A DNA stretch of 64,000 bases from Cyanobacteriota bacterium erpe_2018_sw_21hr_WHONDRS-SW48-000092_B_bin.40 (GTDB lineage: Bacteria > Cyanobacteriota > Vampirovibrionia > Obscuribacterales > Obscuribacteraceae), in NCBI GenBank assembly GCA_030917395.1, contig JAUPUU010000106.1, forward strand, positions 2,806 to 66,805, in the 5' to 3' direction. Shown here in pieces: positions 43,546-52,789 of the stretch (position 1 is the first letter of the stretch; the number at the start of each line of letters is the position of its first letter). Made by a program: the position numbers and the translations under genes. The notes under the pieces are model-generated. The model was not told where the DNA came from. It worked only from the letters and a program-made list of their open reading frames with translations, and did not search any database.

Positions 43546-46152
43546 ATGGAAAAGTCAGACGAAAAACTGCAAACTTTCGATGCCATCTTGTCGGCGCGAA
43601 GCCCATCTGAGCTTCAAGCATTCTTGCATGGATCGACTGACACCGAGCGCTCAAAATTTGCAACCAGAGCGATAGCCAACTATAAGGCGGCCTGCAAGCC
43701 AAGCGAGGAGACGACTGAAGTTGGCGGATTTGTCTTCCATACAGGTCGGAGTCATGTAGATACTTTCGACGCTCTAGCTGTTCTAGTTACGGCAAGCGAA
43801 AAGCAGCTAAAGAGCCTCACCTGGGGAATATTACTGTCGAAGCCTTTTGATTTCAGTATTCTAAAAGAACTAAAACCCAAAGCATTGCGATCTTTCGGTG
43901 ACGTACTACTAGAACAGAGCGACAGTTACTTTAATCTGGTGCTAGAGCTGTGCAAAATAGACGTATGTCAAACCCCAACAAGTGATGCGGCCGTATTTGC
44001 CTGGCAAAACACAGGCAGCAGACATTTAATACACGATGCCAAAGCAGAAGACATTAGTCCACTATTGCTAGAGCCAAACTTTCTCAACGACACTATCTGG
44101 CGCTTCTTTGAAGCAAACAGCAATCAGGGGCGCAGCCTAGCCTCCCTCGACCGATATAGAGCAGACGGAGGATGGGCCCATGTTATCAAATCCCTTGCCG
44201 AACAAGGTCATATTTCAAGGGACAGGCTCCTTCGCGAAAGTCTAAGAGCACTGAGCAGAGACTTCCCTCAAAATAGCTCTAGTTGGTTCTCTAATTTTCA
44301 TGAGTTGTTGCGGCCATCCATCGAAGAAAGAATGGCGCTGACAGAACAATACGCCAACTTACTCGGCAGTACGATACCACCAACAGTATCATTTGCAGTC
44401 AAAGCGCTGACAACCATAAACAAATCACGGCCACTGCCACAAGACTTACTTGTAAAATACATTCCACTGACATTTAGACTCAGACAGAAGGGTCCGATCG
44501 TTGCAGCATTGGCTCTGCTAGAAGATGGAGCGACGCTCGATCCAGTCTTTGCGCAGCAATGCACCCATATAGCAGTTGATGCGCTGCAGCATGATGCCTT
44601 AGACGTGCAGGCGAAAGTCTGCGACATACTTGAGCGCTTTGCTAATACTAACGACGGAGAATTGAGCAAGCAACTAAAAACCTATGCAGACACAATTTCC
44701 TCCAGTGCTCGGCGACGATTAAGACCTCTGCTCGGGACACTAGAAGATACAGAGTTTCAGCCGGTTAAATCAGCTGCATCAACCTACGTCAGTGCAGATG
44801 AACAGACAACTGGCTGGCCTTTGAGCTATTGTGAACGAGTGGTGCCAATCCAGAACGCTATTGAACTTTTATCAAAGTCCGCCTACTGCCTGGAGCATCC
44901 GCATCTAGTAAATGAAATGGAGCAGGTGACTGACGCCATTGCGCGAATTCCAATTGTATACAATGAACCAACTAACAACCTAATCGCGCCGCTAAGAGCA
45001 AGAGCCTTAAAGCTACTCACAGGAAACCGGTCGAACAAGCAACAGCTACAAATTGCCTATGCCGATTTCATTCAATGTGCCTTAGAGCCCACGGCAGATC
45101 TGCGCTTGCACGAAACAGATAAGTTATATCCTCTCGTTGATTTTGTGCAGCTGCAATTTAAAGCCATTCTTCTTCGCATAAAAAAAGGTATTTACCTGCC
45201 GCTACTAAGCACACCGACTCACATTGGTGGTTGGATAGAGGCAACACAATTGATCGAGCGTCACAAGGAGTGGAACGCGGCAGGCCTGAATCCGACGGAC
45301 ATCGACTTGACATTAACTCTTTTGCGAACACCAGAGGGAGAAAGAGCAAAGCTTACTAGCCATAAGGATATTTGCATCGATTTGAGAACCGCATTTGAGA
45401 CCGTAAGTTCGACGGCACCGGCTGAATCGATCAAAACAGCCCACCAGTCAAAGGATACTAGCTCAGCACTTTGCCTAGCGGCCACATACATGCGTGGTCC
45501 AATCGATACAGCTTACTTGCCAGATTTTGGCACAGGGGCACTGCTAAGATATGCTCAAGAACCATCGACAATCAACTTGCAAGCAATTTGCCTTCCGGGC
45601 TTAAGGGAATGTGTGCTAGCCGCTGGTGTGCGCCAAGCAGCAGTCACTCTTGATGGATTCTCAGCATATGAACATGGCATATCCAGCTATTTTTCATTGT
45701 TGAGTCAATCGGGTGCTCCACTAGAAACAAAAGCTTACGAACTCATGGCCATTGGACTAATTCATAGCGACATTGCATGTTTAGTATTAACTCGAGATGC
45801 CTGCATCTGCGCAATTGATGAAAGAAGACTCTCAGTGTCCAAACTCGGAAGGAGACTTTCTGCTTACATTCACTCAGGGAAGAACCGACCAAAACGCCTT
45901 GTAGCATCGCTTTCTGAAATCGCTCGCTTGAGCGAAACTCATGCTAGTGCCGTAATTCAGATTCTCGAAAGCACTCTGCAAGGCGAAATGCGAATGGTAC
46001 CGGTTGGCCTTGCTAGCTTGCTTGAGTTTTACCAAGAACTGCTAGTCGAACAAAATGGTTCGATCAAGAACATCGACACGCGCAAATATCTAGAAACATT
46101 GCCAACTGGAGGCAAGACATCAAAACTTGCTAAGGCTTTGCTTTCGATGTAG
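43546..46152 (+). CDS. Large (868 aa) predicted all-helical protein of unknown function, partner of the SWIM protein
   Basis: It starts 29 nt downstream of the SWIM gene. No catalytic or nucleotide-binding motif was seen. Composition is HEAT/ARM-like. Similarity to DUF4132/DUF6493-type partners is from memory only. Confidence 0.6.
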   Translation: MEKSDEKLQTFDAILSARSPSELQAFLHGSTDTERSKFATRAIANYKAACKPSEETTEVGGFVFHTGRSHVDTFDALAVLVTASEKQLKSLTWGILLSKPFDFSILKELKPKALRSFGDVLLEQSDSYFNLVLELCKIDVCQTPTSDAAVFAWQNTGSRHLIHDAKAEDISPLLLEPNFLNDTIWRFFEANSNQGRSLASLDRYRADGGWAHVIKSLAEQGHISRDRLLRESLRALSRDFPQNSSSWFSNFHELLRPSIEERMALTEQYANLLGSTIPPTVSFAVKALTTINKSRPLPQDLLVKYIPLTFRLRQKGPIVAALALLEDGATLDPVFAQQCTHIAVDALQHDALDVQAKVCDILERFANTNDGELSKQLKTYADTISSSARRRLRPLLGTLEDTEFQPVKSAASTYVSADEQTTGWPLSYCERVVPIQNAIELLSKSAYCLEHPHLVNEMEQVTDAIARIPIVYNEPTNNLIAPLRARALKLLTGNRSNKQQLQIAYADFIQCALEPTADLRLHETDKLYPLVDFVQLQFKAILLRIKKGIYLPLLSTPTHIGGWIEATQLIERHKEWNAAGLNPTDIDLTLTLLRTPEGERAKLTSHKDICIDLRTAFETVSSTAPAESIKTAHQSKDTSSALCLAATYMRGPIDTAYLPDFGTGALLRYAQEPSTINLQAICLPGLRECVLAAGVRQAAVTLDGFSAYEHGISSYFSLLSQSGAPLETKAYELMAIGLIHSDIACLVLTRDACICAIDERRLSVSKLGRRLSAYIHSGKNRPKRLVASLSEIARLSETHASAVIQILESTLQGEMRMVPVGLASLLEFYQELLVEQNGSIKNIDTRKYLETLPTGGKTSKLAKALLSM

Positions 46153-47683
46153 CCGCTGCGCCAAGATCGGTATCCCACGGTATCTTCATCCACGGGCTAT
46201 TTTTCTCGGTCAGCAGCATCTTGTAAATGCGACTGTATTCCTTCTCATCTTTTTTCCAATGTTCTTCACTCCAGAACCTTCGACCAACCAAGTATTCTTC
46301 GCCCATCTGCTGCCAACTGCTGTAATTGCTCCGCAATCTTTTTGCCACAGGCAGAAGCAACTCATTTGCCTCTTGCTCGCTGACAAAACCAAGCCTGAAG
46401 CCCCAACGCACAAGACAAACATAACGACAAAGATCCCAAGCAAGAATGCCCCTGGCTCCAAACTCTTGACCGTACTTTTCGACAACAGACATGCGATTAC
46501 TAAAGTCACCACTAGCAATATCACTAGTAACATCCAAAAGTTGATCTAGTTGCATACCATTGGTTTGATATTTCACATACTCTTTCCAAGTGTGATTAAA
46601 ACCGCCATCACCCTGCAAAGCTTTTAGTTGGTCGAGTAATTCTTCACGAGACTCAATCCCCCACCATTCCGCAAGAGCCTCGCGTTCAGTGTCGTTGTTC
46701 TCCTCGGTCGCGGCATCGCCTCGCAATGAATTGCAACCCTCATCATGCTTGGTAAACATCAATGCTGAGCAGGCAAGAGCCCAACGCATGGGCAAAGATA
46801 CACCATGGGCAGCATCATAATCGAGGTCATCGAGAGTGAGAAATGACACTTTATACCAATCAGGCTCGGGGGCATACCGAGCGGCTAAATTCAAATCAGC
46901 CCGAGCTTTAGCTAAGTTACCCATAGCGGCATAGCAGTCAGAGCGCGCACTGTAGGCCCCGTGATCTTTAGGGTCTAACGCAATCACTTTATCGTATTGC
47001 TTGACGGCTAAACTTGGATTGCCAACATCCCACAAATAACCGGCAATAGTATTGAACTCATAAACTGAAGAAGCCGGCAAACTCAAGGCTATGCCGACAT
47101 CAGCTTGGGCTTCGTTGGGTAGATTCAGACTTTGCTCTGCTCTTGCTCGACATAAATACAAAGGAGCATATCTAGGTGCGCGACTAATTCCCTCAGTGGC
47201 GTCCATTCTAGCTTTGGCAAACTCGCCCTTCTTACGATAGGCGCATGAACGACCATACCAATGCACATAATGCTGAGGGCCCAAACTTATTGCTTTGGTG
47301 TAGTCTGCAATTGCCTGATCATATAAGTCTTTTGCTAAATACTCATTGCCGCGATCATTGTATGCCTCTTCCAAACCCGGATTCAATTCAATCGCTCGAT
47401 CGTACTCGGCAATGGCCTTATCTTCTTCAAATTTAGCCGAATAGACAGTCGCGAGACCACAGTGAGCATCAGCAGACTTATCGTCGACTGCCAGCTTATT
47501 GTTGAACAAGGCGGCGGCTTCTTTTAATTTGCCAGCGCGACAAAGGGCTAAACCTTGCTCGCGCAAAGCATGATTTTCTTCAACCACAGGCTGCGTACAG
47601 GCACACAGAGAAGAGAAAGCAATCCAGGTAGCCAAAAGAGATAAGGTCTCAGTCGCGAAATTCTTAGACACCGATACCCCCAC
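46130..47683 (-). CDS. Lipoprotein-like TPR protein with a C-terminal DUF1266 domain
   Basis: An N-terminal signal with Cys is followed by about 7 TPRs (AIAEYDRAIELNPGLEEAYNDRGNEY and others). The C-terminus has AEWWGIESREELLDQL...GILAWDLCRYVCLVRWGFRLGFVSEQEA, the DUF1266 pattern. Confidence 0.7.
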   Translation of the reverse strand: MGVSVSKNFATETLSLLATWIAFSSLCACTQPVVEENHALREQGLALCRAGKLKEAAALFNNKLAVDDKSADAHCGLATVYSAKFEEDKAIAEYDRAIELNPGLEEAYNDRGNEYLAKDLYDQAIADYTKAISLGPQHYVHWYGRSCAYRKKGEFAKARMDATEGISRAPRYAPLYLCRARAEQSLNLPNEAQADVGIALSLPASSVYEFNTIAGYLWDVGNPSLAVKQYDKVIALDPKDHGAYSARSDCYAAMGNLAKARADLNLAARYAPEPDWYKVSFLTLDDLDYDAAHGVSLPMRWALACSALMFTKHDEGCNSLRGDAATEENNDTEREALAEWWGIESREELLDQLKALQGDGGFNHTWKEYVKYQTNGMQLDQLLDVTSDIASGDFSNRMSVVEKYGQEFGARGILAWDLCRYVCLVRWGFRLGFVSEQEANELLLPVAKRLRSNYSSWQQMGEEYLVGRRFWSEEHWKKDEKEYSRIYKMLLTEKNSPWMKIPWDTDLGAAATSKAKP

Positions 47684-47688
47684 CTCTT

Positions 47689-48897
47689 CTATTTAACCTT
47701 GCTAGCCCGCAGCCGCCTTAGCTCTTCCCGCACCCGAGCGAGCTCTTCACTCGGTGTGGCCGCTTTCTTAGTATGCCTGGTCTCAGGCGCCTTAGTCATG
47801 GCGGCGATCATGCCGCGACGCAGACCAAAAGAAACGAGAGGGTCGGAAGTGATACTGCTGACGATATCATATTGAGCACCAAGAGTAGTAAGCTCGTCGT
47901 CCAAAATCTGGGCAAGCTCCTGCCCGGCGGCATCATCACCTAATTGCAAGAAGAGAAACTGGGCCTCTTGGGGCGAGCGAACACGCTTAGAGGCCGCAAT
48001 CAAAATGTTTTCGATCTCGTCATTAGAAACCAGGGCATCGGTAATCACAACCACTAAGAGCGGCTTGCGATTGACATTCTTGAAGTGTCTGTCAATCACT
48101 TCATTGAGAGGAGTAGCTAAATTAGTACCACCACCCGGATGTCGATTATGCAAAAATTGGCGGACATTGGCTGCGGTGCAATTGGTAAAAATCTCATGGT
48201 TACTCTCAAAAGTGCAGAGAGTAAATCCGCCGCTACCAAGGCGCTCTGCCTCTTTGGCCAAACTGACAATTTCTTTGCTACACCACTCCCACTTTGTCAT
48301 TGGTGGAGAATTCAGCCTGTCGTCCATCGAGCCTGATGAGTCGACCATAACGACGATTTCATAATTTTTCAAAGTACGCCAATCAACCGACTCAGTGGCA
48401 GCGGCAGCTAGAACCCGCGCGGCTTCTAACTTTCGCTCTTGCTCAGGAGAAGTGACAGCAGCGGAAAGCTTCAAATTCGGATTCTTTTTTGCCGCTTCGC
48501 GAGCAGCATCAGCTGCCAGATTATCGGGAGTGTACTGCAAAGCCACAGTGTATTTCTTACCAGCACGCTCGATAGCAAGAAACATTTTGTTCTGACCAAT
48601 CTGGCCGTTGAGGACGCGATCTCCTTGCGCTAAACCAGCATAAGCAGCAGCAGAGCCCATTCGCACCTTCTCAATTACAGTAGGCAATTTATTGTCTTTG
48701 ATGGTGATTCCAGAAGCGGCGCAAGCACCAGCCAAAACATTGACCTCGCCTGATAGCGTTATTGAACTGCTAGACGGCGACTTTGCCTGGGCAGCAGTTT
48801 TTGACTGCGGAGCTGAATCTGTTGGGAGCGCAACAACAAACGAGCCGACAATGCAGAATAAGCCGCCCCCAAGGCCAAGCACAAGCCCTAACTTCAT
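47689..48897 (-). CDS. PDZ plus von Willebrand factor A (VWA) domain protein
   Basis: The PDZ-like segment is VRMGSAAAYAGLAQGDRVLNG. The VWA MIDAS motif is VVMVDSSGSMDD, with a later GGGTNL. Confidence 0.75.
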   Translation of the reverse strand: MKLGLVLGLGGGLFCIVGSFVVALPTDSAPQSKTAAQAKSPSSSSITLSGEVNVLAGACAASGITIKDNKLPTVIEKVRMGSAAAYAGLAQGDRVLNGQIGQNKMFLAIERAGKKYTVALQYTPDNLAADAAREAAKKNPNLKLSAAVTSPEQERKLEAARVLAAAATESVDWRTLKNYEIVVMVDSSGSMDDRLNSPPMTKWEWCSKEIVSLAKEAERLGSGGFTLCTFESNHEIFTNCTAANVRQFLHNRHPGGGTNLATPLNEVIDRHFKNVNRKPLLVVVITDALVSNDEIENILIAASKRVRSPQEAQFLFLQLGDDAAGQELAQILDDELTTLGAQYDIVSSITSDPLVSFGLRRGMIAAMTKAPETRHTKKAATPSEELARVREELRRLRASKVK

Positions 48898-49805
48898 TTA
48901 GACTTACCCGATGCAACAGCGCGCTTTTTCGGCTTCGTACTGCTACCAAGCGACAAGGCCGTAGCGCTCATTGACTCAGGCAGCGGCTTAACTGGTGCTT
49001 CAACCTCATCAGAGTAGTTTATATAGTTCTTCACTTTGCTAGAGCTCAACGATGGCATCACCCGAATTGTACTCTTGCCACAGTTAGTCTGACTCAAAGC
49101 GTTAGCGGCATGATTGCGCAGGTCGGCAACCTTGCGAAAATACTCTTCGTCGAGGGCTCGCAACTCTCGCTGGTAAAAGTTAGCATCACTGGCGCTCTGC
49201 TGATAAGACGTCGGTGAATAGTCTCTTGGGCTATGACGCATGCGGGAAGAATAGCGTTCACTCGCCAACCTTTTCGCCTGGGTCAACTCATCTCTGAGCC
49301 TATTTTCAGCCTGAATCTGCTCGTCGGTTAGTCGCTTCTGAAAGGCGTTCAACTCAGTTTCTTTTTGGTGCGCTGGCGATTTCAAGGCAGCAGCCAAAGC
49401 AGCTTCTTTTTGCTGCAGAAGCTTCTCAAGACCCTGCTTCGAAAATTCCTTTAGCTGCGCCGAAGCATTACTATTCAAACACTGCCGGTACTCAAAAATT
49501 GCTTCGTCGGCTTTGCCCAACTTAGACAAAGTGTTGGCCAAATAATATCGAATTTCCATGTCGGTTGGCTGCTGCGTCAACGCCAACCGGCCACTGGCCT
49601 CGGCCAGCTTAAAATCGCCATGATTATACTCAGCAATGAGCTTCTTCTTAGCACTACCAGCTTGATCAGCACGACCGGCTTGATCAGCACTGTCGAAGCC
49701 GCCAGCCGCTGAAGACTGAGCAGTTGCAGCGGTGATTGTTATCACCACCGCCAAGCAGCACAGCCTAAATTGTCGAGCGAAGCCTTGAATCATCAATTTA
49801 TCCAA
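48894..49805 (-). CDS. Secreted TPR plus coiled-coil protein
   Basis: A signal peptide precedes a TPR pair (LAEASGRLALTQQPTDMEIRYYLANTLSKLGKADEAIFEYRQCL) and then a long charged helix. The stop overlaps the VWA gene start. Confidence 0.6.
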   Translation of the reverse strand: MDKLMIQGFARQFRLCCLAVVITITAATAQSSAAGGFDSADQAGRADQAGSAKKKLIAEYNHGDFKLAEASGRLALTQQPTDMEIRYYLANTLSKLGKADEAIFEYRQCLNSNASAQLKEFSKQGLEKLLQQKEAALAAALKSPAHQKETELNAFQKRLTDEQIQAENRLRDELTQAKRLASERYSSRMRHSPRDYSPTSYQQSASDANFYQRELRALDEEYFRKVADLRNHAANALSQTNCGKSTIRVMPSLSSSKVKNYINYSDEVEAPVKPLPESMSATALSLGSSTKPKKRAVASGKSK

Positions 49806-49849
49806 TTAATGATCTAAGTTTACCCCGCCCAACAACTTTGGATCTTGAT

Positions 49850-50284
49850 TTAGTGTCTGATTACTCTGTGGTTCCAGGTTTGAGTCTTCCAAGTCTTTAC
49901 TTTAGCCTTGGGGCGCACTGCAGTCTTCCGCACGGTGGTCTTCGAGCGATTTGAGGCCGTGGTAGTCGTTACTGGCACACCCGCAGTAACTGATGACTGT
50001 GTAGTGGTTCGGCTGGTGTTATTGCCCGGGGCGAGACTGCTGCTAGCTGACGAAGACTGCCTATCAACTATAGCCGATTGGCTAGAGTTCGAAGTACCAG
50101 CCTGGGTGGAGTTCTGCGAACTTGAACTAGTCGTGGTGGTTGAGCCCATGGGTGGCGCTTCACTGCTGCTCTGGGTCTGAGCCATGCTGCTCGACTGTGT
50201 TTCGCCGGCGTAACAGGTGAGAGTACCGAGTGGCACTGCGCACAAAGCGGCAGCCAGGGCGAATGCCTGCTTTAAATTCGACAT
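49850..50284 (-). CDS. Secreted Ser/Thr-rich low-complexity protein with a basic C-terminus
   Basis: A signal peptide is followed by ~100 aa of S/T/Q-rich sequence and then KTTVRKTAVRPKAKVKTWK. Confidence 0.5.
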   Translation of the reverse strand: MSNLKQAFALAAALCAVPLGTLTCYAGETQSSSMAQTQSSSEAPPMGSTTTTSSSSQNSTQAGTSNSSQSAIVDRQSSSASSSLAPGNNTSRTTTQSSVTAGVPVTTTTASNRSKTTVRKTAVRPKAKVKTWKTQTWNHRVIRH

Positions 50285-50348
50285 GATTACTTTTCCTCTT
50301 CATTCCGTGGTCTGCCAGCCGACGGGAGCGCAGAGTGAAAGTTCCGTT

Positions 50349-50903
50349 TTAGCTCTCAGTTAACGTTTTCAGCTTTGCAAGGCCCTTTGCAAAGTCTTTT
50401 CCGCACATCTCATCCATGTTGCAGAAAATCTGCATTACTTTGCATATAAAGGGAGCATCGCCACTCATAGCCCAAGTAACCTTGGTCATATCGCCTTCAG
50501 GCGCAAAGGAAAAATTGACCTTATTGTCACCCTTGAATGGCTTGAGAAAGTGCAAATCTATTTTTACATTGGAAGGCTCTGCCACCTCAGTAATTTCCAT
50601 ACTGCCTGAACCAACTTCATCATTGCCGTCCCAAGAATAGACAGCGCCTTTACCCTTCTCAGCGCCACTAAAGGTGCTCTTCATCTTGGGATCTTTTTCT
50701 TCGTAGGGAGACCACTGCTTCCAGTTATGCAGATCATTTACCATACTAAACAGCTTTTCAGGAGAAGCCTTAATCACAGCCGAACGTTCAACGGTGAACG
50801 TATCTGGCTTGCTTGCGGCCATGCCTAAAATTACCACCAGTGCCAACCCGACAAGGGCAACAACACCTATTGCTATTTTCTTGATCATCAGTTTCTTCCT
50901 CAA
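50349..50903 (-). CDS. SRPBCC-family protein with an N-terminal membrane anchor
   Basis: FTVERSAVIKASPEKLFSMVNDLHNWKQWSPY is typical of the polyketide-cyclase/SRPBCC fold. Confidence 0.75.
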   Translation of the reverse strand: MRKKLMIKKIAIGVVALVGLALVVILGMAASKPDTFTVERSAVIKASPEKLFSMVNDLHNWKQWSPYEEKDPKMKSTFSGAEKGKGAVYSWDGNDEVGSGSMEITEVAEPSNVKIDLHFLKPFKGDNKVNFSFAPEGDMTKVTWAMSGDAPFICKVMQIFCNMDEMCGKDFAKGLAKLKTLTES

Positions 50904-50913
50904 ATAACTTCAA

Positions 50914-51375
50914 TTAATTCAGTGGCCGATTGAGCTGAGTACGCCATTGACTTGGATCGGGGCCAGACTCGGGACCAACCATATAGACCTCCCAGAGGTC
51001 TTCAGCAGATTCATGACCCTGGGCTTCAATCCATTGCAAAAACTCGCCCCAGGCCTCACCAAGGCCTTCATATCCGCCCTGATAAACAGTGCGAGCGACA
51101 GTATGCGCAGGCATCTGACCAGCCTTAACTCGCCCAACTGGTGTCACCGGTGATGCCACAGGAACGCAAATTTCAAAATCAAAAGTATCATCTGGTCTTT
51201 TTAGGTGGTGCGTAAACCAGGGGCCAGTAGGCTTCATCCCCTGGGCGGCAAGAGCCTCAAAAATCTCCATTATGCCTGGTCCCATAACAGTTTGAATCTC
51301 TGCTCTGGGAACAACAATATGAATGGAGGCAGTTTCTTGCGCAGGAGCATCTACCACTATTGGTGCTTCAATCAT
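50914..51375 (-). CDS. GyrI-like small-molecule-binding domain protein
   Basis: GPWFTHHL, FDFEICVPV, GGYEGLGEAWGEFLQWIEAQGH and WEVY are present. Confidence 0.75.
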   Translation of the reverse strand: MIEAPIVVDAPAQETASIHIVVPRAEIQTVMGPGIMEIFEALAAQGMKPTGPWFTHHLKRPDDTFDFEICVPVASPVTPVGRVKAGQMPAHTVARTVYQGGYEGLGEAWGEFLQWIEAQGHESAEDLWEVYMVGPESGPDPSQWRTQLNRPLN

Positions 51376-51393
51376 TTAAAAACTTTCCTCTCT

Positions 51394-51906
51394 TTATTTG
51401 AGCTTTGCCACTAGTGCCGCAAGCTGATCTGTAGCAATGCCCCAACCTTCATAGAAGCCCATTTTCTCGTGAGCTTCGCGGTCGGCCACTGTCCAATGCA
51501 ACACGCGAGCAGTATATTTAGTTTTGCCTTCATGCTCTTCAAAGGTAAGAATGCCAGTCATGAACGGCTTTTCGGATGGTACCCAAGCGCTGGTATAAGC
51601 ATCAGTAAAAACTAAACGCTCATTCTTCACGACTTCTAAATAGATTCCCTCATTAGGAATCTGGGTGCCATCAGGAGCCTGCATCACAATCACATTTGAG
51701 CCACCAGCGCGCAAATCTACTTCTGCAGATATGGTCTTGTATGGTGGTGGCGTAAACCATTGAACGATCAAATCTGGCTCAGTCCAAGCTCTAAATACCT
51801 TTGATGGAGGGGCATCAATGATGCGGGTCAAAGTTAACTCGCGCTCCATATTGTTGGCGGTCTCTTTATGTTCAGGTACCGTCGATGTAGTTTCTGGCAT
51901 GGTCAC
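51394..51906 (-). CDS. SRPBCC/AHSA1 (Aha1-like) domain protein
   Basis: ELTLTRIIDAPPSKVFRAWTEPDLIVQWF and GIYLEVVKNERLVFT are present. Confidence 0.8.
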   Translation of the reverse strand: MTMPETTSTVPEHKETANNMERELTLTRIIDAPPSKVFRAWTEPDLIVQWFTPPPYKTISAEVDLRAGGSNVIVMQAPDGTQIPNEGIYLEVVKNERLVFTDAYTSAWVPSEKPFMTGILTFEEHEGKTKYTARVLHWTVADREAHEKMGFYEGWGIATDQLAALVAKLK

Positions 51907-51912
51907 TCCTTA

Positions 51913-52518
51913 TTAGTGTTCAAACAAAGACTCTAAATAGCGACGCAAATGCATCATGCTTTGCACCGCAACCTCTGGGCTTTGCTTGGCTTTGGCAAAA
52001 ATAAATGCCCCTTGTATAACTGATTGAATGAAATAGCCGACGCTTTCAGACGTCCAGCTAGCCTTTGGTGCGTAGAGTAATTTAGCGTCCTCAATATCGT
52101 GCGCCAATTCTCTTACATGGGCTGTCATCCCGGCATCACAGGCCTCACGCACGCTCGGATGGGTTGCATAAGCTTCTTGCACCATGGTGCCGAGCAAGCA
52201 CGTGTATTGAGAGATTTCAGCGCCCAACATAGCGATGCGAAAATCGATGTAGCCGAAAAGGCGGTCACGCGGATCTTCAAGAGCTTGATACGGCGCGGCT
52301 GCAAAAATCTGCTCCGCCATATTGCTAAATTGCTCAGCAGCAGCAACGCCAAGCTGATCTTTGCTTTCAAAATGATGGAAGAAGCCGCCCTTGGTTACAC
52401 CCGCAGCCTGGCAAATGTCATCGACGGTTGTGGCGCTGTAGCCCTTGGCGCGAATCAGGTCGCGAGCGGCGTCAAGCAGCTTGGTGCGGGTTTCAAGACT
52501 ATTGCGGGTGCGGGCCAT
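51913..52518 (-). CDS. TetR-family transcriptional regulator
   Basis: KLLDAARDLIRAKGYSATTVDDICQAAGVTKGGFFHHF. It is the first gene of a four-gene same-strand cluster. Confidence 0.85.
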   Translation of the reverse strand: MARTRNSLETRTKLLDAARDLIRAKGYSATTVDDICQAAGVTKGGFFHHFESKDQLGVAAAEQFSNMAEQIFAAAPYQALEDPRDRLFGYIDFRIAMLGAEISQYTCLLGTMVQEAYATHPSVREACDAGMTAHVRELAHDIEDAKLLYAPKASWTSESVGYFIQSVIQGAFIFAKAKQSPEVAVQSMMHLRRYLESLFEH

Positions 52519-52520
52519 TG

Positions 52521-52559
52521 GTTAGGTAAGTAGGCAGGTAAGTAAGTAAGTAGGTAGGC
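52521..52559. repeat. GTAA/GTAG microsatellite-like tract immediately upstream of the TetR start
   Basis: gttaggtaagtaggcaggtaagtaagtaagtaggtaggc. On the mRNA strand it is a C/U-rich, SD-less 5' region. Confidence 0.6.
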
Positions 52560-52599
52560 ATGTCTCTTTTTTGAAATTTGGATTAGGCCCAAAATTCAG

Positions 52600-52615
52600 T
52601 ACCGACTAGTTGGTA
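52600..52615. promoter_or_regulatory. 16-bp near-palindrome, candidate TetR operator
   Basis: TACCGACTAGTTGGTA has 7 of 8 half-site positions symmetric. It lies about 80 nt upstream of the TetR start. Confidence 0.3.
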
Positions 52616-52789
52616 TGTAATTTAACAGAAAGAACCGGGTGCGTCAAATAGACCGAAACTAGGCGGACTGAAGTGGGTCCGGCAAGATTTGAGCTTGCGC
52701 CACAGCAATTTCTATCGAATTGACTTCCGTCGGACTGCAAGATACGCTCGATAAATGGACTATCGCTTGAGTTACGCGGCTGAGAGTCA

